Shown: positions 40,169 through 49,486 of the stretch, one piece after another
How the letters are laid out: each line of letters begins with the position of its first letter
Position numbering within the stretch: position 1 is the stretch's first letter
Assembly: GCF_947378715.1 (NCBI RefSeq)
Contig: NZ_CANCLE010000003.1
Span: 957-64,956, forward strand
Source: Phenylobacterium aquaticum
GTDB lineage: Bacteria > Pseudomonadota > Alphaproteobacteria > Caulobacterales > Caulobacteraceae
DNA length: 64,000 nt
Reading direction: 5' to 3'
The notes under the pieces: model-generated
The model's database searches: none
Told to the model about the DNA's origin: nothing
Seen by the model: only the letters and a program-made list of their open reading frames with translations
Position numbers and translations under genes: made by a program

Positions 40169-41440
40169 ATGCTCTACTCCCTCTATGAGGCCGGCTACTA
40201 CGCCTCCACGCCGTTGCGGATGCTGGCGCGGGTGACCCGCGAGTTCTGGGGCGCGGACGTCAATCCGGCCAAGGACAGCGACCTGGGCCGGCGAATCTTC
40301 GCCAATGCCGACCTGTTCGCCAATCTGACCCGCCGCTATGGCCGCCCGGCCTGGAACCTCGACACGGTGGAGATCGACGGCTACCCGGTCCGGGTCCGCG
40401 CCACCGAGGTCTGGTCCAGCCCCTGGGTCAAGCTCACCCACTTCACCCGCGATGTCGCCGACATGCGCCGGGCCGGCCGCCGCGAGCTCGAGCCGCCGGT
40501 GTTGATCGTCGCCCCGCTGTCGGGCCACTACGCCACCCTGCTGCGCGGCACGGTCGAGGGCTTCCTGCAGGATCACGAGGTGTTCATCACCGAATGGACC
40601 AACGCCCGCGAAGTGCCCCTGCTCGAGGGCAAGTTCGATTTCCACGACTATGTCGACCACATTCGCGAGATGCTGCGCCTGCTGGGCCCGCGCCCGCACG
40701 TGGTCGCCGTCTGCCAGCCCGGCCCCGCCGTCCTGGCCGCCGCCGCCCTGATGGCCGAGGACGGCGAGGAATGCCGCCCCGGCACCATGACCTTCATGGG
40801 CTCGCCGATCGACGCGCGCCTGTCGCCGACCGTGACCAACAAGCTGGCCGAGGAACGGCCTTTCGCCTGGTTCAAGTCGAACATGATCTTCAACGTCCCC
40901 GCCCCCTATCCGGGCATGGGCCGGCGGGTCTATCCGGGCTTCGTGCAGCTCTACAGCTTCATGTCGATGAACATCGAGCGCCATAAGGAAGCCCACCAGA
41001 AGTACCTGCAGGACCTGATGGATGGCGACGGCGACTCCGCCGAGAAGCACCTGGAATTCTATGACGAGTACCTGTCGGTGCTGGACCTGACCGAGGAGTT
41101 CTATCTCCAGACGGTCGACTATGTGTTCCAGCAATACCTGCTGCCCAAGGGCGAACTGTGGCATCGCGGCCGCCACGTTGATCCTTCCAAGATCACCGAT
41201 ATCGGCCTGCTGACCGTCGAAGGCGAGAACGACGACATCTCCGGCATCGGCCAGACCCAGGCGGCGCACACCCTGTGCTCCTCCCTGCCGAGCGCCCTGA
41301 AGGAGGACTATGTGCAGCCGCATGTGGGCCACTACGGGGTGTTCAACGGCCGCCGGTTCCGCGAGGAAATCTATCCCCGGGTGCGGGCGTTCATCCGCCG
41401 CGTCGAAGCGGGTGTCGAAAAGGCCGCCAACGCAGCTTAA
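40169..41440 (+). CDS. phaZ: Intracellular polyhydroxyalkanoate depolymerase
   Basis: VAPLSGHYATLLR, AVCQP (Cys nucleophile), EGENDDI, GHYGVFNG. Confidence 0.93.
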   Translation: MLYSLYEAGYYASTPLRMLARVTREFWGADVNPAKDSDLGRRIFANADLFANLTRRYGRPAWNLDTVEIDGYPVRVRATEVWSSPWVKLTHFTRDVADMRRAGRRELEPPVLIVAPLSGHYATLLRGTVEGFLQDHEVFITEWTNAREVPLLEGKFDFHDYVDHIREMLRLLGPRPHVVAVCQPGPAVLAAAALMAEDGEECRPGTMTFMGSPIDARLSPTVTNKLAEERPFAWFKSNMIFNVPAPYPGMGRRVYPGFVQLYSFMSMNIERHKEAHQKYLQDLMDGDGDSAEKHLEFYDEYLSVLDLTEEFYLQTVDYVFQQYLLPKGELWHRGRHVDPSKITDIGLLTVEGENDDISGIGQTQAAHTLCSSLPSALKEDYVQPHVGHYGVFNGRRFREEIYPRVRAFIRRVEAGVEKAANAA

Positions 41441-41450
41441 GATTGGGACC

Positions 41451-42188
41451 ATGTCCCTGTTCGGAAGACCCCTGGCGGATGGCGATCGGCTCGAAGTGGC
41501 CGGGGCGACCGTCCGCCTGAAAGTCCACAGCCGCGCCCGCCGCGTCTCCCTGCGGCTGGACCGCACCCGCCGCGAGGTGGTGGCCACCGCGCCCTCGCCG
41601 CGCCGCCTGGCCGAGGCCGTGGCCTTCGCCCGCGACCGGGCCGAGTGGATCGCCGCCCGCCTGGCGGAACTGCCCCAGAGCCAGGACATCGCCCCCGGTG
41701 TCACCATCTCGCTGTTCGGCCAGCCCTGTCGCCTGGAGTCCGCCAGCCATCCGGCCCGGTTCATGGCCGCCGGCGACGACCAGCCGGCCCGCATCGCCGC
41801 CCGGGGGGAGGGGGAGGTCTTCGCCCGCGCCGTGACCCGGACCATCCGCCGCCAGGCCCTGGAGGTGTTCGCCGCGCGCACGGCGTTCCACTGCGCGCGA
41901 CTGGGGGCCAAGCTGCCCAGTGTGACGATCATGGACGCCAAGGGGCGTTGGGGTTCCTGCCGCTCGGCCCTGCCGGGCAAGCCCGCCGCGATCCGCTATA
42001 GCTGGCGCCTGGCCCTGGCCCCCTTCGAGGTGGCCGACTATGTGGTCGCCCACGAATGCGCCCACCTGCTGGAGCTCAATCACGGCCCCAAGTTCTGGGC
42101 CCATGTGAAGGCCCTGGTCGGCGACGAGCGCCCACACCGCGCCTGGCTGCGGGCCGAAGGCGCCCGGCTGCACGCCTTCGGGGGTTAG
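41451..42188 (+). CDS. YgjP/SprT-like (M48) zinc metallohydrolase
   Basis: RWGSC, YVVAHECAHL.ELNH...FW. Confidence 0.88.
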   Translation: MSLFGRPLADGDRLEVAGATVRLKVHSRARRVSLRLDRTRREVVATAPSPRRLAEAVAFARDRAEWIAARLAELPQSQDIAPGVTISLFGQPCRLESASHPARFMAAGDDQPARIAARGEGEVFARAVTRTIRRQALEVFAARTAFHCARLGAKLPSVTIMDAKGRWGSCRSALPGKPAAIRYSWRLALAPFEVADYVVAHECAHLLELNHGPKFWAHVKALVGDERPHRAWLRAEGARLHAFGG

Positions 42189-42191
42189 GCG

Positions 42192-44183
42192 TCAGAACGG
42201 AATATCTTCGGTCTTCGGCTTCTCGGCCGGCGTCTCGGGGGTCGGCGCGGGATTGCCGGACAACAGATCGCCGATCGGATCGGCGGGGGCGGCGACCGGA
42301 GGCGGCTCCACCGTGCCGCCCGGAATGGCCTGGGTCCTCAGGCGCGGCAGGGCCGCAGTCATGAACTCGTGCCAGATTCCAGCCGGGGGACCGCCGCCGG
42401 TGACCTTCTTCATCGGGGTGTTGTCGTCGCGGCCCACCCAGACGGCGGTGACGAAGCCGCCGGTGTAGCCGACGAACCAGGCGTCGCGGTAATCGCTGGT
42501 GGTGCCGGTCTTGCCGGCGATGTCGAAGCCCGCGACCTTGGCCTTGCCGCCGGTGCCGGAGACGATCACCTGGCGCATCATCTGGTTCATGTACTGCAGG
42601 GCGGGTGAGCCGATCACCGCCTGGCGATTGGCCTTCTCCACCCCATGGTCATAGAGCACCTTGCCGCTGGCGGTGCGGATCCGCTCGATGCCGTAGCCAT
42701 GGGCCGAGAAGCCGCCATTGGAGAAGGGCGCATAGGCCTGGGCCATTTCCAGGGGCGAGACCTCGACGGCGCCCAGCGCCATGGAAGGGTCCAGCTGGAT
42801 GTGGCTGGTGATCCCCAGGCGGCGCGCCGTGGCCGCGACATTGCCGGTCCCGACCTCGTTGGCCAGGCGGGCGGCCACCGTGTTGATCGACTGGGCGAGC
42901 GCGGTCTGCAGGGTGATCGGGCCGAGATATTTGTTGGTGTAGTTCTTCGGCTCCCAGGTCCCGATCTTCAGCGGCTCGTCGACCACCGGGGTCGAGGGCG
43001 TGCGGCCCTGCTCCATGGCGGTCAGATAGACGAAGGGCTTGAACGAGGATCCGGCCTGGCGCTGGGCCATGGTGGCGCGGTCGAACTGGCTGTCGGCGTA
43101 GCGGGCCCCGCCGACATAGGCGCGGATGCGGCCTTCGCCGTCGATGGCGACCAGGGCGCCCTGCTGCACCCCCTGGCTCTGGGCGGCGGCGACGCCACGG
43201 GCCAGAGCCTGCTCGGCGGCGGCCTGGATCGGCAGGTCGAGGGTGGTCTCGACCACCAGATCCTCGGTGGGTTCGCCGACCAGGGTGCGGACCTGATCAT
43301 CGACCCAGTCGGTGAAATACTGGGCCCGCTGGTTGGCCAGCACCGGATTGACCCGCACCGGCGTGCGGAAGGCCTCGGCCCGCTGTTCGGCGGTGATGGC
43401 GTGGGTGCGGACCATCTCGTCCAGCACCACGGTGGCGCGCCGCGCCGCGCGATCGGTGGAGGAGACCGGAGAATAACGCGACGGCCCCTTCATCATGCCG
43501 GCCAGCAGGGCGCTTTCGCCGATGGTCAGCTGGCTGGCGGGCTTGCCGAAATAGCGCTGGGCGGCGGCCTCGATGCCATAGGCGCCGGCGCCGAAATAGA
43601 CCCGGTTCAGATAGAGGGAGAGGATCTCCTTCTTGGAGAACTTGGCCTCCAGCCAGACCGCCAGGATCAACTCCTGGGCCTTGCGGCGATAGTTCTGGTT
43701 GGGCGTCAGGAAGAGGTTGCGGGCCAGCTGCTGGGTGATGGTCGAGCCGCCGCGCAGCGGGCCGCCATGGTGGGTGATATTGTAGAGCTGGCTGCGGATG
43801 ATGCCCCAGGGATTGAAGCCCAGGTGCCAGTAGAACCAGCGATCCTCGATGGCCACGAAGGCGGCGGGCACATAGGCCGGCAGCTTGTCCAGGTCGACCG
43901 GCGGGGCGTACTGGCTGCCGCGCACCGCCACCAGGGCGCCGGAGCGGTCCAGATAGTTGATCGAGGGCTGGCGCTTGACGTCATAGAGCTTGGAGGTGTC
44001 GGGCAGATCGACCGCGAACACCGCGAAGAAGGCCACGATGAAGATCAGGCCCCAGACCCCGACCACGGCGCCCCAATAGAACACCGCCTGGGCCGGTGTG
44101 CGGGCCGGCTTGCCGCCCTTGCCGCCACCTTGGGGGCCTGAACCGCCAGACTGCGGGCCGCGGGGACCCTGAGCATTGGCCAT
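42192..44183 (-). CDS. Class A (PBP1A-family) penicillin-binding protein
   Basis: TM; transglycosylase EDRWFY.H.G, GGSTITQQ, RKAQE; transpeptidase SSFK, SIN, KTG. Confidence 0.95.
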   Translation of the reverse strand: MANAQGPRGPQSGGSGPQGGGKGGKPARTPAQAVFYWGAVVGVWGLIFIVAFFAVFAVDLPDTSKLYDVKRQPSINYLDRSGALVAVRGSQYAPPVDLDKLPAYVPAAFVAIEDRWFYWHLGFNPWGIIRSQLYNITHHGGPLRGGSTITQQLARNLFLTPNQNYRRKAQELILAVWLEAKFSKKEILSLYLNRVYFGAGAYGIEAAAQRYFGKPASQLTIGESALLAGMMKGPSRYSPVSSTDRAARRATVVLDEMVRTHAITAEQRAEAFRTPVRVNPVLANQRAQYFTDWVDDQVRTLVGEPTEDLVVETTLDLPIQAAAEQALARGVAAAQSQGVQQGALVAIDGEGRIRAYVGGARYADSQFDRATMAQRQAGSSFKPFVYLTAMEQGRTPSTPVVDEPLKIGTWEPKNYTNKYLGPITLQTALAQSINTVAARLANEVGTGNVAATARRLGITSHIQLDPSMALGAVEVSPLEMAQAYAPFSNGGFSAHGYGIERIRTASGKVLYDHGVEKANRQAVIGSPALQYMNQMMRQVIVSGTGGKAKVAGFDIAGKTGTTSDYRDAWFVGYTGGFVTAVWVGRDDNTPMKKVTGGGPPAGIWHEFMTAALPRLRTQAIPGGTVEPPPVAAPADPIGDLLSGNPAPTPETPAEKPKTEDIPF

Positions 44184-44316
44184 GCGACCTGAAACCTTGT
44201 CTGAGGTGAACGCCTTAGGCGCGCAGAGATAGCTGAGCGCGAGGGAACACGCGACAAGATTGACGGGGGATGAATGGGGCGCGGGTGAGGCGGTGGCGCG
44301 CGATCATCCGGCGGAC

Positions 44317-45507
44317 CTAGTCGAGGGCCCGCAGCTCCGCCAGGACCTCGTCGATGACCCGCGTCCAGTCGCCCACCTGTCGCTGTCGAAAGGTTCGGGT
44401 CCCGGGGTACCAGTCGAGGTCCGCGGCGCCGGGTCGCGGCCAGCGCCAGTCGGTCCCCATCACCGGCAACAACACCCAGCAAGGTCCGCCAAGCGCCCCG
44501 GCCAGGTGAGCGACCGAGGTGTCGACGCTGATGACCAGGTCAAGCCCGCCGATCAGGGCCGCGGTGTCACTGAAGTCCCGCGCGCCTGTCTCCTCTGGAT
44601 GCAGGCTGACGGCGCCGGCCGCGAACAGCCGCTCAGCCTGATCCCACGGCAGGGACCTTTGCCGATCGACGGGGTTGTTGGGATTGCCGCGCCAGATCAG
44701 ACCGATCCTGGCCTTGCCGGCGGCGCCTGGGTCCCATTCCGGTCGTCGCTCCGGGATGGGAAGATAGGGGGGATAGGGCAGGTCCGCAGGCGTGGCGCAG
44801 ATGTGAAGCGGCGCCGAACCCATGCGAATCCAGACGTCATGCGGCGGAAGGGGCATCTGGCTCTGGAGGGGCAGGACCAGATCCGCGCCGCTCAGCCCCC
44901 GGAAGAGGGTCGCCAGGCGCGGATGGCACACCACGGTCACCTGCCGGGCGCCCAGGGCCTTCAGCCTGCTGATGAACCGCGCGAACAGGATCTGATCGCC
45001 GATCCCCTGCTCGGCCCAGACCAGGATCGCGCGGCCCGTCAGGGGTTCGCCAGCCCACTCCGGGCGGCAAACGTTCGGCGGCGGGCGACAGGTCTCCGGC
45101 GCCACCTCCATTCGCGCCTCATAGAGCGGCCAGCCCTCGGCGAAACGGCCCTGGTGCAGGCACAGCGTAGAAAGGATGAATCGCGCCCAGGCATCGTGCG
45201 GATCAATCTCCAGGGCGGCCATCAGCACCTGCTCAGCCCTGTCGTCCCGTCCGGTCAGGATATGGAGGCTGGCAAGCCGGCTCCTCAACACCAGGTCTGC
45301 GGGCCGGTTCACAACCGCGACGTCCAGCAGCGCGGCGGCCGAGGCGAAGGCGCCCAACTCCCGCCGCGCCTGGGCGAGATTGACGAGCAGGTTCACCGTT
45401 TGGCGAAATCGGGAGGCGGCGACGAAGGCCTCTTCCGCCTCGCGCCAGCGGCCGGCCGTCGCATGGTCGAGGCCCGCCTTGAATAAGCTGTCGAACCCGC
45501 CGTCCAT
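44317..45507 (-). CDS. TPR-repeat + GT-B (GT9-like) glycosyltransferase, paralog A
   Basis: N-terminal TPRs; GRFAEGWPLYEAR, EQGIGDQILFAR, DFSDTAALI..LDLVISVDTSVAHLAGALG, DWRW, WYP. Confidence 0.82.
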   Translation of the reverse strand: MDGGFDSLFKAGLDHATAGRWREAEEAFVAASRFRQTVNLLVNLAQARRELGAFASAAALLDVAVVNRPADLVLRSRLASLHILTGRDDRAEQVLMAALEIDPHDAWARFILSTLCLHQGRFAEGWPLYEARMEVAPETCRPPPNVCRPEWAGEPLTGRAILVWAEQGIGDQILFARFISRLKALGARQVTVVCHPRLATLFRGLSGADLVLPLQSQMPLPPHDVWIRMGSAPLHICATPADLPYPPYLPIPERRPEWDPGAAGKARIGLIWRGNPNNPVDRQRSLPWDQAERLFAAGAVSLHPEETGARDFSDTAALIGGLDLVISVDTSVAHLAGALGGPCWVLLPVMGTDWRWPRPGAADLDWYPGTRTFRQRQVGDWTRVIDEVLAELRALD

Positions 45508-45671
45508 GTCCGGCCTCTGTCACGCCTTTGGCGTGGCCATAATGTGACTTGGGTGGAGAGTCGAAAACTGTTTCCTTGGTGAAGATGAAACCGGGCAGCG
45601 ACAGGTCGTCGGATGGCGCGATCTGGCGGGCGCCCGTTTTCAGCGCCGCGCGCCGATGCTATGGCGCGGGC

Positions 45672-46886
45672 ATGTCGCTGGCCGATAGCCCTGAAGCCCT
45701 GTTTCGTCGTGCCGTCGACCTGCAGATCGCCGGGAGTGCGGCCGAGGCCGAAAGCCTGTATCTCGCGGCCGTAGGGGCAGGGCTCGGGCCGGATCTTCTG
45801 CCCGACGCCCACGGCAATCTCGGCGTGCTCTATCGCGCAACCCACAGATTGGCGGAGGCCGAGGTCGCGCTTAAGACCGCGATCCGGCTAAGATCCGACT
45901 GGGCGGCGCCACACTACAATCTCGGCAATCTGTACAGCTATCAGCGGCGGCTACTGGACGCTGAAGCCGCCTATCTTGAGGCGCTTCGCATCAAGCCGGA
46001 CCACCCCAAGGCGCCGTTCAATCTTGGCCAGATCTATCTCAGCCAGGGCCGCTTCGCCGAAGGCTGGCCAATGTACGAGGCGCGACCCGACCGAACGGAA
46101 TCCCCCCTGATGCGGGTCCGGGTTCCTGAATGGACCGGCCAGCCGCTTGAGGGAAAATCGATCCTGGTGTGGCGGGAGCAGGGCTATGGCGATGAAATCC
46201 TGATGGCCCGCTATGTCCCCCTGCTGAAGGCTCAGGGCGCGCGACAGGTGAAGATCGCCCCTACCTTGGCCATGCTCCGGCTGTTCGAATCCCTCGGCGG
46301 GGTCGACGAGGTCGTCACTCTGGTGGGCGATGTCCAAATGCCGGACGTCGACTACTGGGTGTTGCCCTGCTCCCTGCCAGCCAGCCTCGGGACTGATGAC
46401 ACGCTGAAGTCCCAAGGCGCCTATCTCTCCGTCCCCGAGGCGGCGCGCGCGCGCTGGTCAGGCTTCGGCGGGCCGGGATTCAAGGTCGGCTTCACCTGGC
46501 AGGGAAATCCCAAGCAGCCCAACAACTTCAATCGTTCCATGAAGGGCCCGGAGCTGTTCAATGGCCTCGCTGACCTGGGTGTCGAGATGATCGATCTCCA
46601 GGAGCCGCGCGGCGATTTTGCTGATACGGCCGCGATCCTCGAGCAGCTGGATCTGGTGATCACCGTTGACACCGCCATGGCGCATCTGGCGGGCGCGCTA
46701 GACAAGCCCTGCTGGGTGGTGCTGGCCGCGCTTGGCACCTGCTGGCGCTACCCGCCGCCACAGCAGTCCGTCTCTCCCTGGTACAGGTCGACCACGATCT
46801 ACCGCCAGACGACGCCCGGCGACTGGGCGGAGGTCTTCGCACGCGTGCGCCGAGACCTCGCCGCGCGGATCGCCCCCGATGTTTGA
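45672..46886 (+). CDS. TPR-repeat + GT-B (GT9-like) glycosyltransferase, paralog B
   Basis: TPRs (HGNLG, HYNLGN, FNLGQ); GRFAEGWPMYEAR, EQGYGDEILMAR, DFADTAAIL..LDLVITVDTAMAHLAGAL. Confidence 0.84.
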   Translation: MSLADSPEALFRRAVDLQIAGSAAEAESLYLAAVGAGLGPDLLPDAHGNLGVLYRATHRLAEAEVALKTAIRLRSDWAAPHYNLGNLYSYQRRLLDAEAAYLEALRIKPDHPKAPFNLGQIYLSQGRFAEGWPMYEARPDRTESPLMRVRVPEWTGQPLEGKSILVWREQGYGDEILMARYVPLLKAQGARQVKIAPTLAMLRLFESLGGVDEVVTLVGDVQMPDVDYWVLPCSLPASLGTDDTLKSQGAYLSVPEAARARWSGFGGPGFKVGFTWQGNPKQPNNFNRSMKGPELFNGLADLGVEMIDLQEPRGDFADTAAILEQLDLVITVDTAMAHLAGALDKPCWVVLAALGTCWRYPPPQQSVSPWYRSTTIYRQTTPGDWAEVFARVRRDLAARIAPDV

Positions 46887-47811
46887 GGCCCGCCCAGGTC
46901 CATGCCGGCCCCAGCAAGGCCGTCGGCTCCGGAGGTGCTGGCGCGCCGTCATCATGGCCCTCGGGCTGGTCCTGGCGACGTCCCCCGTGAATGCGGCCCC
47001 CATAGACCGATCGCCCCTCGATCCGGCGACCGCCGCCAACCCCGACCTGGCCCGACACCGGGGCGACCCGGTCTGGGCGCGGCTTTCGGTGGCGACCCTG
47101 AGGTTCGCCGAGGGCGACTATAGCTGGACCCTGATCGTGATCACCGACCCGGCGCGGCCGGCCGGGCCCTTCTGGTTCGTGCCGCATGACGACGAGGACG
47201 CCGCCTTCGACGCCGGCTTCCAAGGGTTGACCACCTATGGCGGGCGGCTGGTGGCGGTGGCCAATGGCGGCCGCCGCGCCCTGTCGGCGGCCCATGGCGG
47301 CGGGGCCGGATGCGTCCACCCCTGCGATCCCAACCGCGATTTTGGGCCACGGGGCCCACTCTATAGTGCGACGGTGCTGGGGCTGATGGCGCCGGGCCAG
47401 CCTGCGGTGGGGCTGCACACCAACGCGCCGGGGTCGGTCGGCCACGGAGGACGGGGTTCGATCTTCGCCGATCCAGCCGATGTCGCCCGCATCTTCGCCA
47501 GCCCCACGGCGGCCGGCGCCTTCGCCAATGGCGACACCATGGCGATCGTGGCGGGCCGCGCGCCCAAGGCCCTGGCCCATCCCCCCTGTGTGGACACGCT
47601 CAACGCCGGCGGCGTGCATGTGGCCTATGAACAGGTGTCCGGTCCGCCGGACGCCTCCGGCGACGGCTCGCTCTCCAACCACCTGGCCCTGGAAGACCGC
47701 GATCCGCCCCGGACCTATGTCGGGCTGGAGGCGCGCCATGGCGACGCCGCCAGCGAGATCGCCATGATCGACCTGCTGATGACCTGCCCGGCCTTCGCCG
47801 CTTCGCGCTAG
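46879..47811 (+). CDS. Putative exported M14-like zinc hydrolase
   Basis: Signal-like LGLVLATSPVNA; HDDE, DPNRDF, LHTN in M14 order. Start uncertain (46879 or 46954). Confidence 0.6.
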   Translation: MFEARPGPCRPQQGRRLRRCWRAVIMALGLVLATSPVNAAPIDRSPLDPATAANPDLARHRGDPVWARLSVATLRFAEGDYSWTLIVITDPARPAGPFWFVPHDDEDAAFDAGFQGLTTYGGRLVAVANGGRRALSAAHGGGAGCVHPCDPNRDFGPRGPLYSATVLGLMAPGQPAVGLHTNAPGSVGHGGRGSIFADPADVARIFASPTAAGAFANGDTMAIVAGRAPKALAHPPCVDTLNAGGVHVAYEQVSGPPDASGDGSLSNHLALEDRDPPRTYVGLEARHGDAASEIAMIDLLMTCPAFAASR

Positions 47812-48728
47812 GCGGCCCGGCGCTGGGGGATCACCGCCTGGTGCAGAGCCTGGCCCTCATAGTCGCGGAAGGTGACGGTCAGGGTCCGGGCGGTGAGCTC
47901 ATAGGCGGTGAAGCCCGAGCGCGAGAGGCAGAATTTCGTGCCCGCGATCGCCTTGACCGGCCGCGTCTCCGAGCCTGCCCCGGTGCAGATATAGCTCACC
48001 CCATCGACCTCGATGTGCTGCAGGTCGTGGTCGTGGCCGTTCAGATAGGCCTGGACCCCGTGGCGCTCGAGCAGGGGCTTGAGGTCGTCGACCAGCCGGC
48101 CAGTATTGCCGTGATCGCCGCCGGAAAAGGTCGTGTGGTGGCCGAACACAAGCTTCCAGGGCGCGGTCGACCGCGCGAGCTCGGCGTCCAGCCAGGCCAG
48201 CTGGGCGTCACCGGTCGCGCGCGCGGCCAGGGGCGAGACGATTGGGGTGGTGTCGAGCCCAAACAGGTCGAGGTCGGGAAAGCCCAGCTCTGCCCCGGAA
48301 ACCTTGAAATAGGCCGAGGGCATGCGCCAGCGGGGGCTGGTCGCCGAATAGTCGATCTGCGCCTGGGGCGAGCCCCGATGGTCGTGGTTGCCGAGCGTGA
48401 CGTACCAGGGGCGCTGGAGCGCGGCGGCGACATAGACCTCCTCGAAGGAGGTCTTCCACTGGGGGTCCTGGGTGGAGGCCACGCCGTTCTCATAGAAATT
48501 GTCGCCGACCGAGAGGATGAACCGGGCGTCGATCGCCTGGGCGGTCCTGCCCATCTGGGCGGCCACGTCGCGCTGGTGCGAGGCGCCGTCACGGCCCCAG
48601 TCGCCGACCGCCAGGAAGCGCAGCGCCGAAGGTTGAGCCTCGGCCGCCGGCGCGAGGCCGGCGATCGCCCCGACCGCGAGGCCGCCGATCACCTGACGGC
48701 GATCGGGATACAGGCGATAGTCGGTCAT
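47808..48728 (-). CDS. Tat-exported purple acid phosphatase-type metallophosphoesterase
   Basis: DRRQVIGG twin-Arg signal; GDWG, GDNFY, GNHD, GHH, GHDH. Confidence 0.9.
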   Translation of the reverse strand: MTDYRLYPDRRQVIGGLAVGAIAGLAPAAEAQPSALRFLAVGDWGRDGASHQRDVAAQMGRTAQAIDARFILSVGDNFYENGVASTQDPQWKTSFEEVYVAAALQRPWYVTLGNHDHRGSPQAQIDYSATSPRWRMPSAYFKVSGAELGFPDLDLFGLDTTPIVSPLAARATGDAQLAWLDAELARSTAPWKLVFGHHTTFSGGDHGNTGRLVDDLKPLLERHGVQAYLNGHDHDLQHIEVDGVSYICTGAGSETRPVKAIAGTKFCLSRSGFTAYELTARTLTVTFRDYEGQALHQAVIPQRRAA

Positions 48729-49024
48729 CCGGCGGTGTCCTTTGAGGGTGGGGGGATCATTCCGCGATCAGGGCGCGGGCGCAACGTCCCCGGCGCCCAG
48801 CACCGGGGCATGATTTCGCCGTTCAGGCCCGATTTCGGGGCAGGTCTGCAATTCCGCATATCGGTGTTGCGAAAAAAGCGGTTGCCCTTGATCTTAACAC
48901 CGTTATCTTAGCGTTGCTTAGTTCACGTCGCGGCCCGGGTGGGGATACCTGGGTCGGCTCCACGACGAGAACCGGGCCGGGCCCTTCCGGGTTCGTTTCC
49001 TCCCCAACCCGTGGAAGACCCAAG

Positions 49025-49333
49025 ATGAAGCTTCAAACTCTCGCGGCCGCCTGCGCCGCCCTCGTCGCCCTGTCCGCCGCCGGTCAGGCCTTCGCCAATG
49101 ACGCCGTCGTGGTCAAGCTGTCGGCTCCTATCGCCGGCAACGCCAAGTTCATCGCTGGCGGCGCCGTGTTCATCTGCACCGGCGACACCTGCGTCGCCGC
49201 CGCCCCGACCTCCCAGACCTATGCGGTTTCCGCCTGCAAGGTGGTGAAGAAGAACGCCGGTCCGGTGGCGTCCTACTCCGTGGCCTCCAAGTCCCTCGAA
49301 GCCGACAAGCTCGCCGTCTGCAACGCGAGCTGA
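49025..49333 (+). CDS. Small secreted 4-Cys protein (resembles the Caulobacter CC_3452 family)
   Basis: Signal peptide ending AFA; C.GDTC, C....K..G.V.SY, L..CN. Confidence 0.75.
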   Translation: MKLQTLAAACAALVALSAAGQAFANDAVVVKLSAPIAGNAKFIAGGAVFICTGDTCVAAAPTSQTYAVSACKVVKKNAGPVASYSVASKSLEADKLAVCNAS

Positions 49334-49416
49334 TTGGTCGCCCACTCCTCTCTCCGCAGGACACGAGCGCTAGGGCGCGCGCCTCCCAGCCAAACCTTAG
49401 TCGAGCCTGCCACTCT

Positions 49417-49447
49417 GGGCGTCGCGGTCCGCCGCGACGCCCTTTTT
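49417..49447 (+). terminator. Intrinsic terminator
   Basis: Perfect 11-bp stem GGGCGTCGCGG-tccg-CCGCGACGCCC, then TTTTT. Confidence 0.9.
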
Positions 49448-49486
49448 CTTGGCTGCGGCCACGATCGCTTCTATGAGGCCCGCGTC

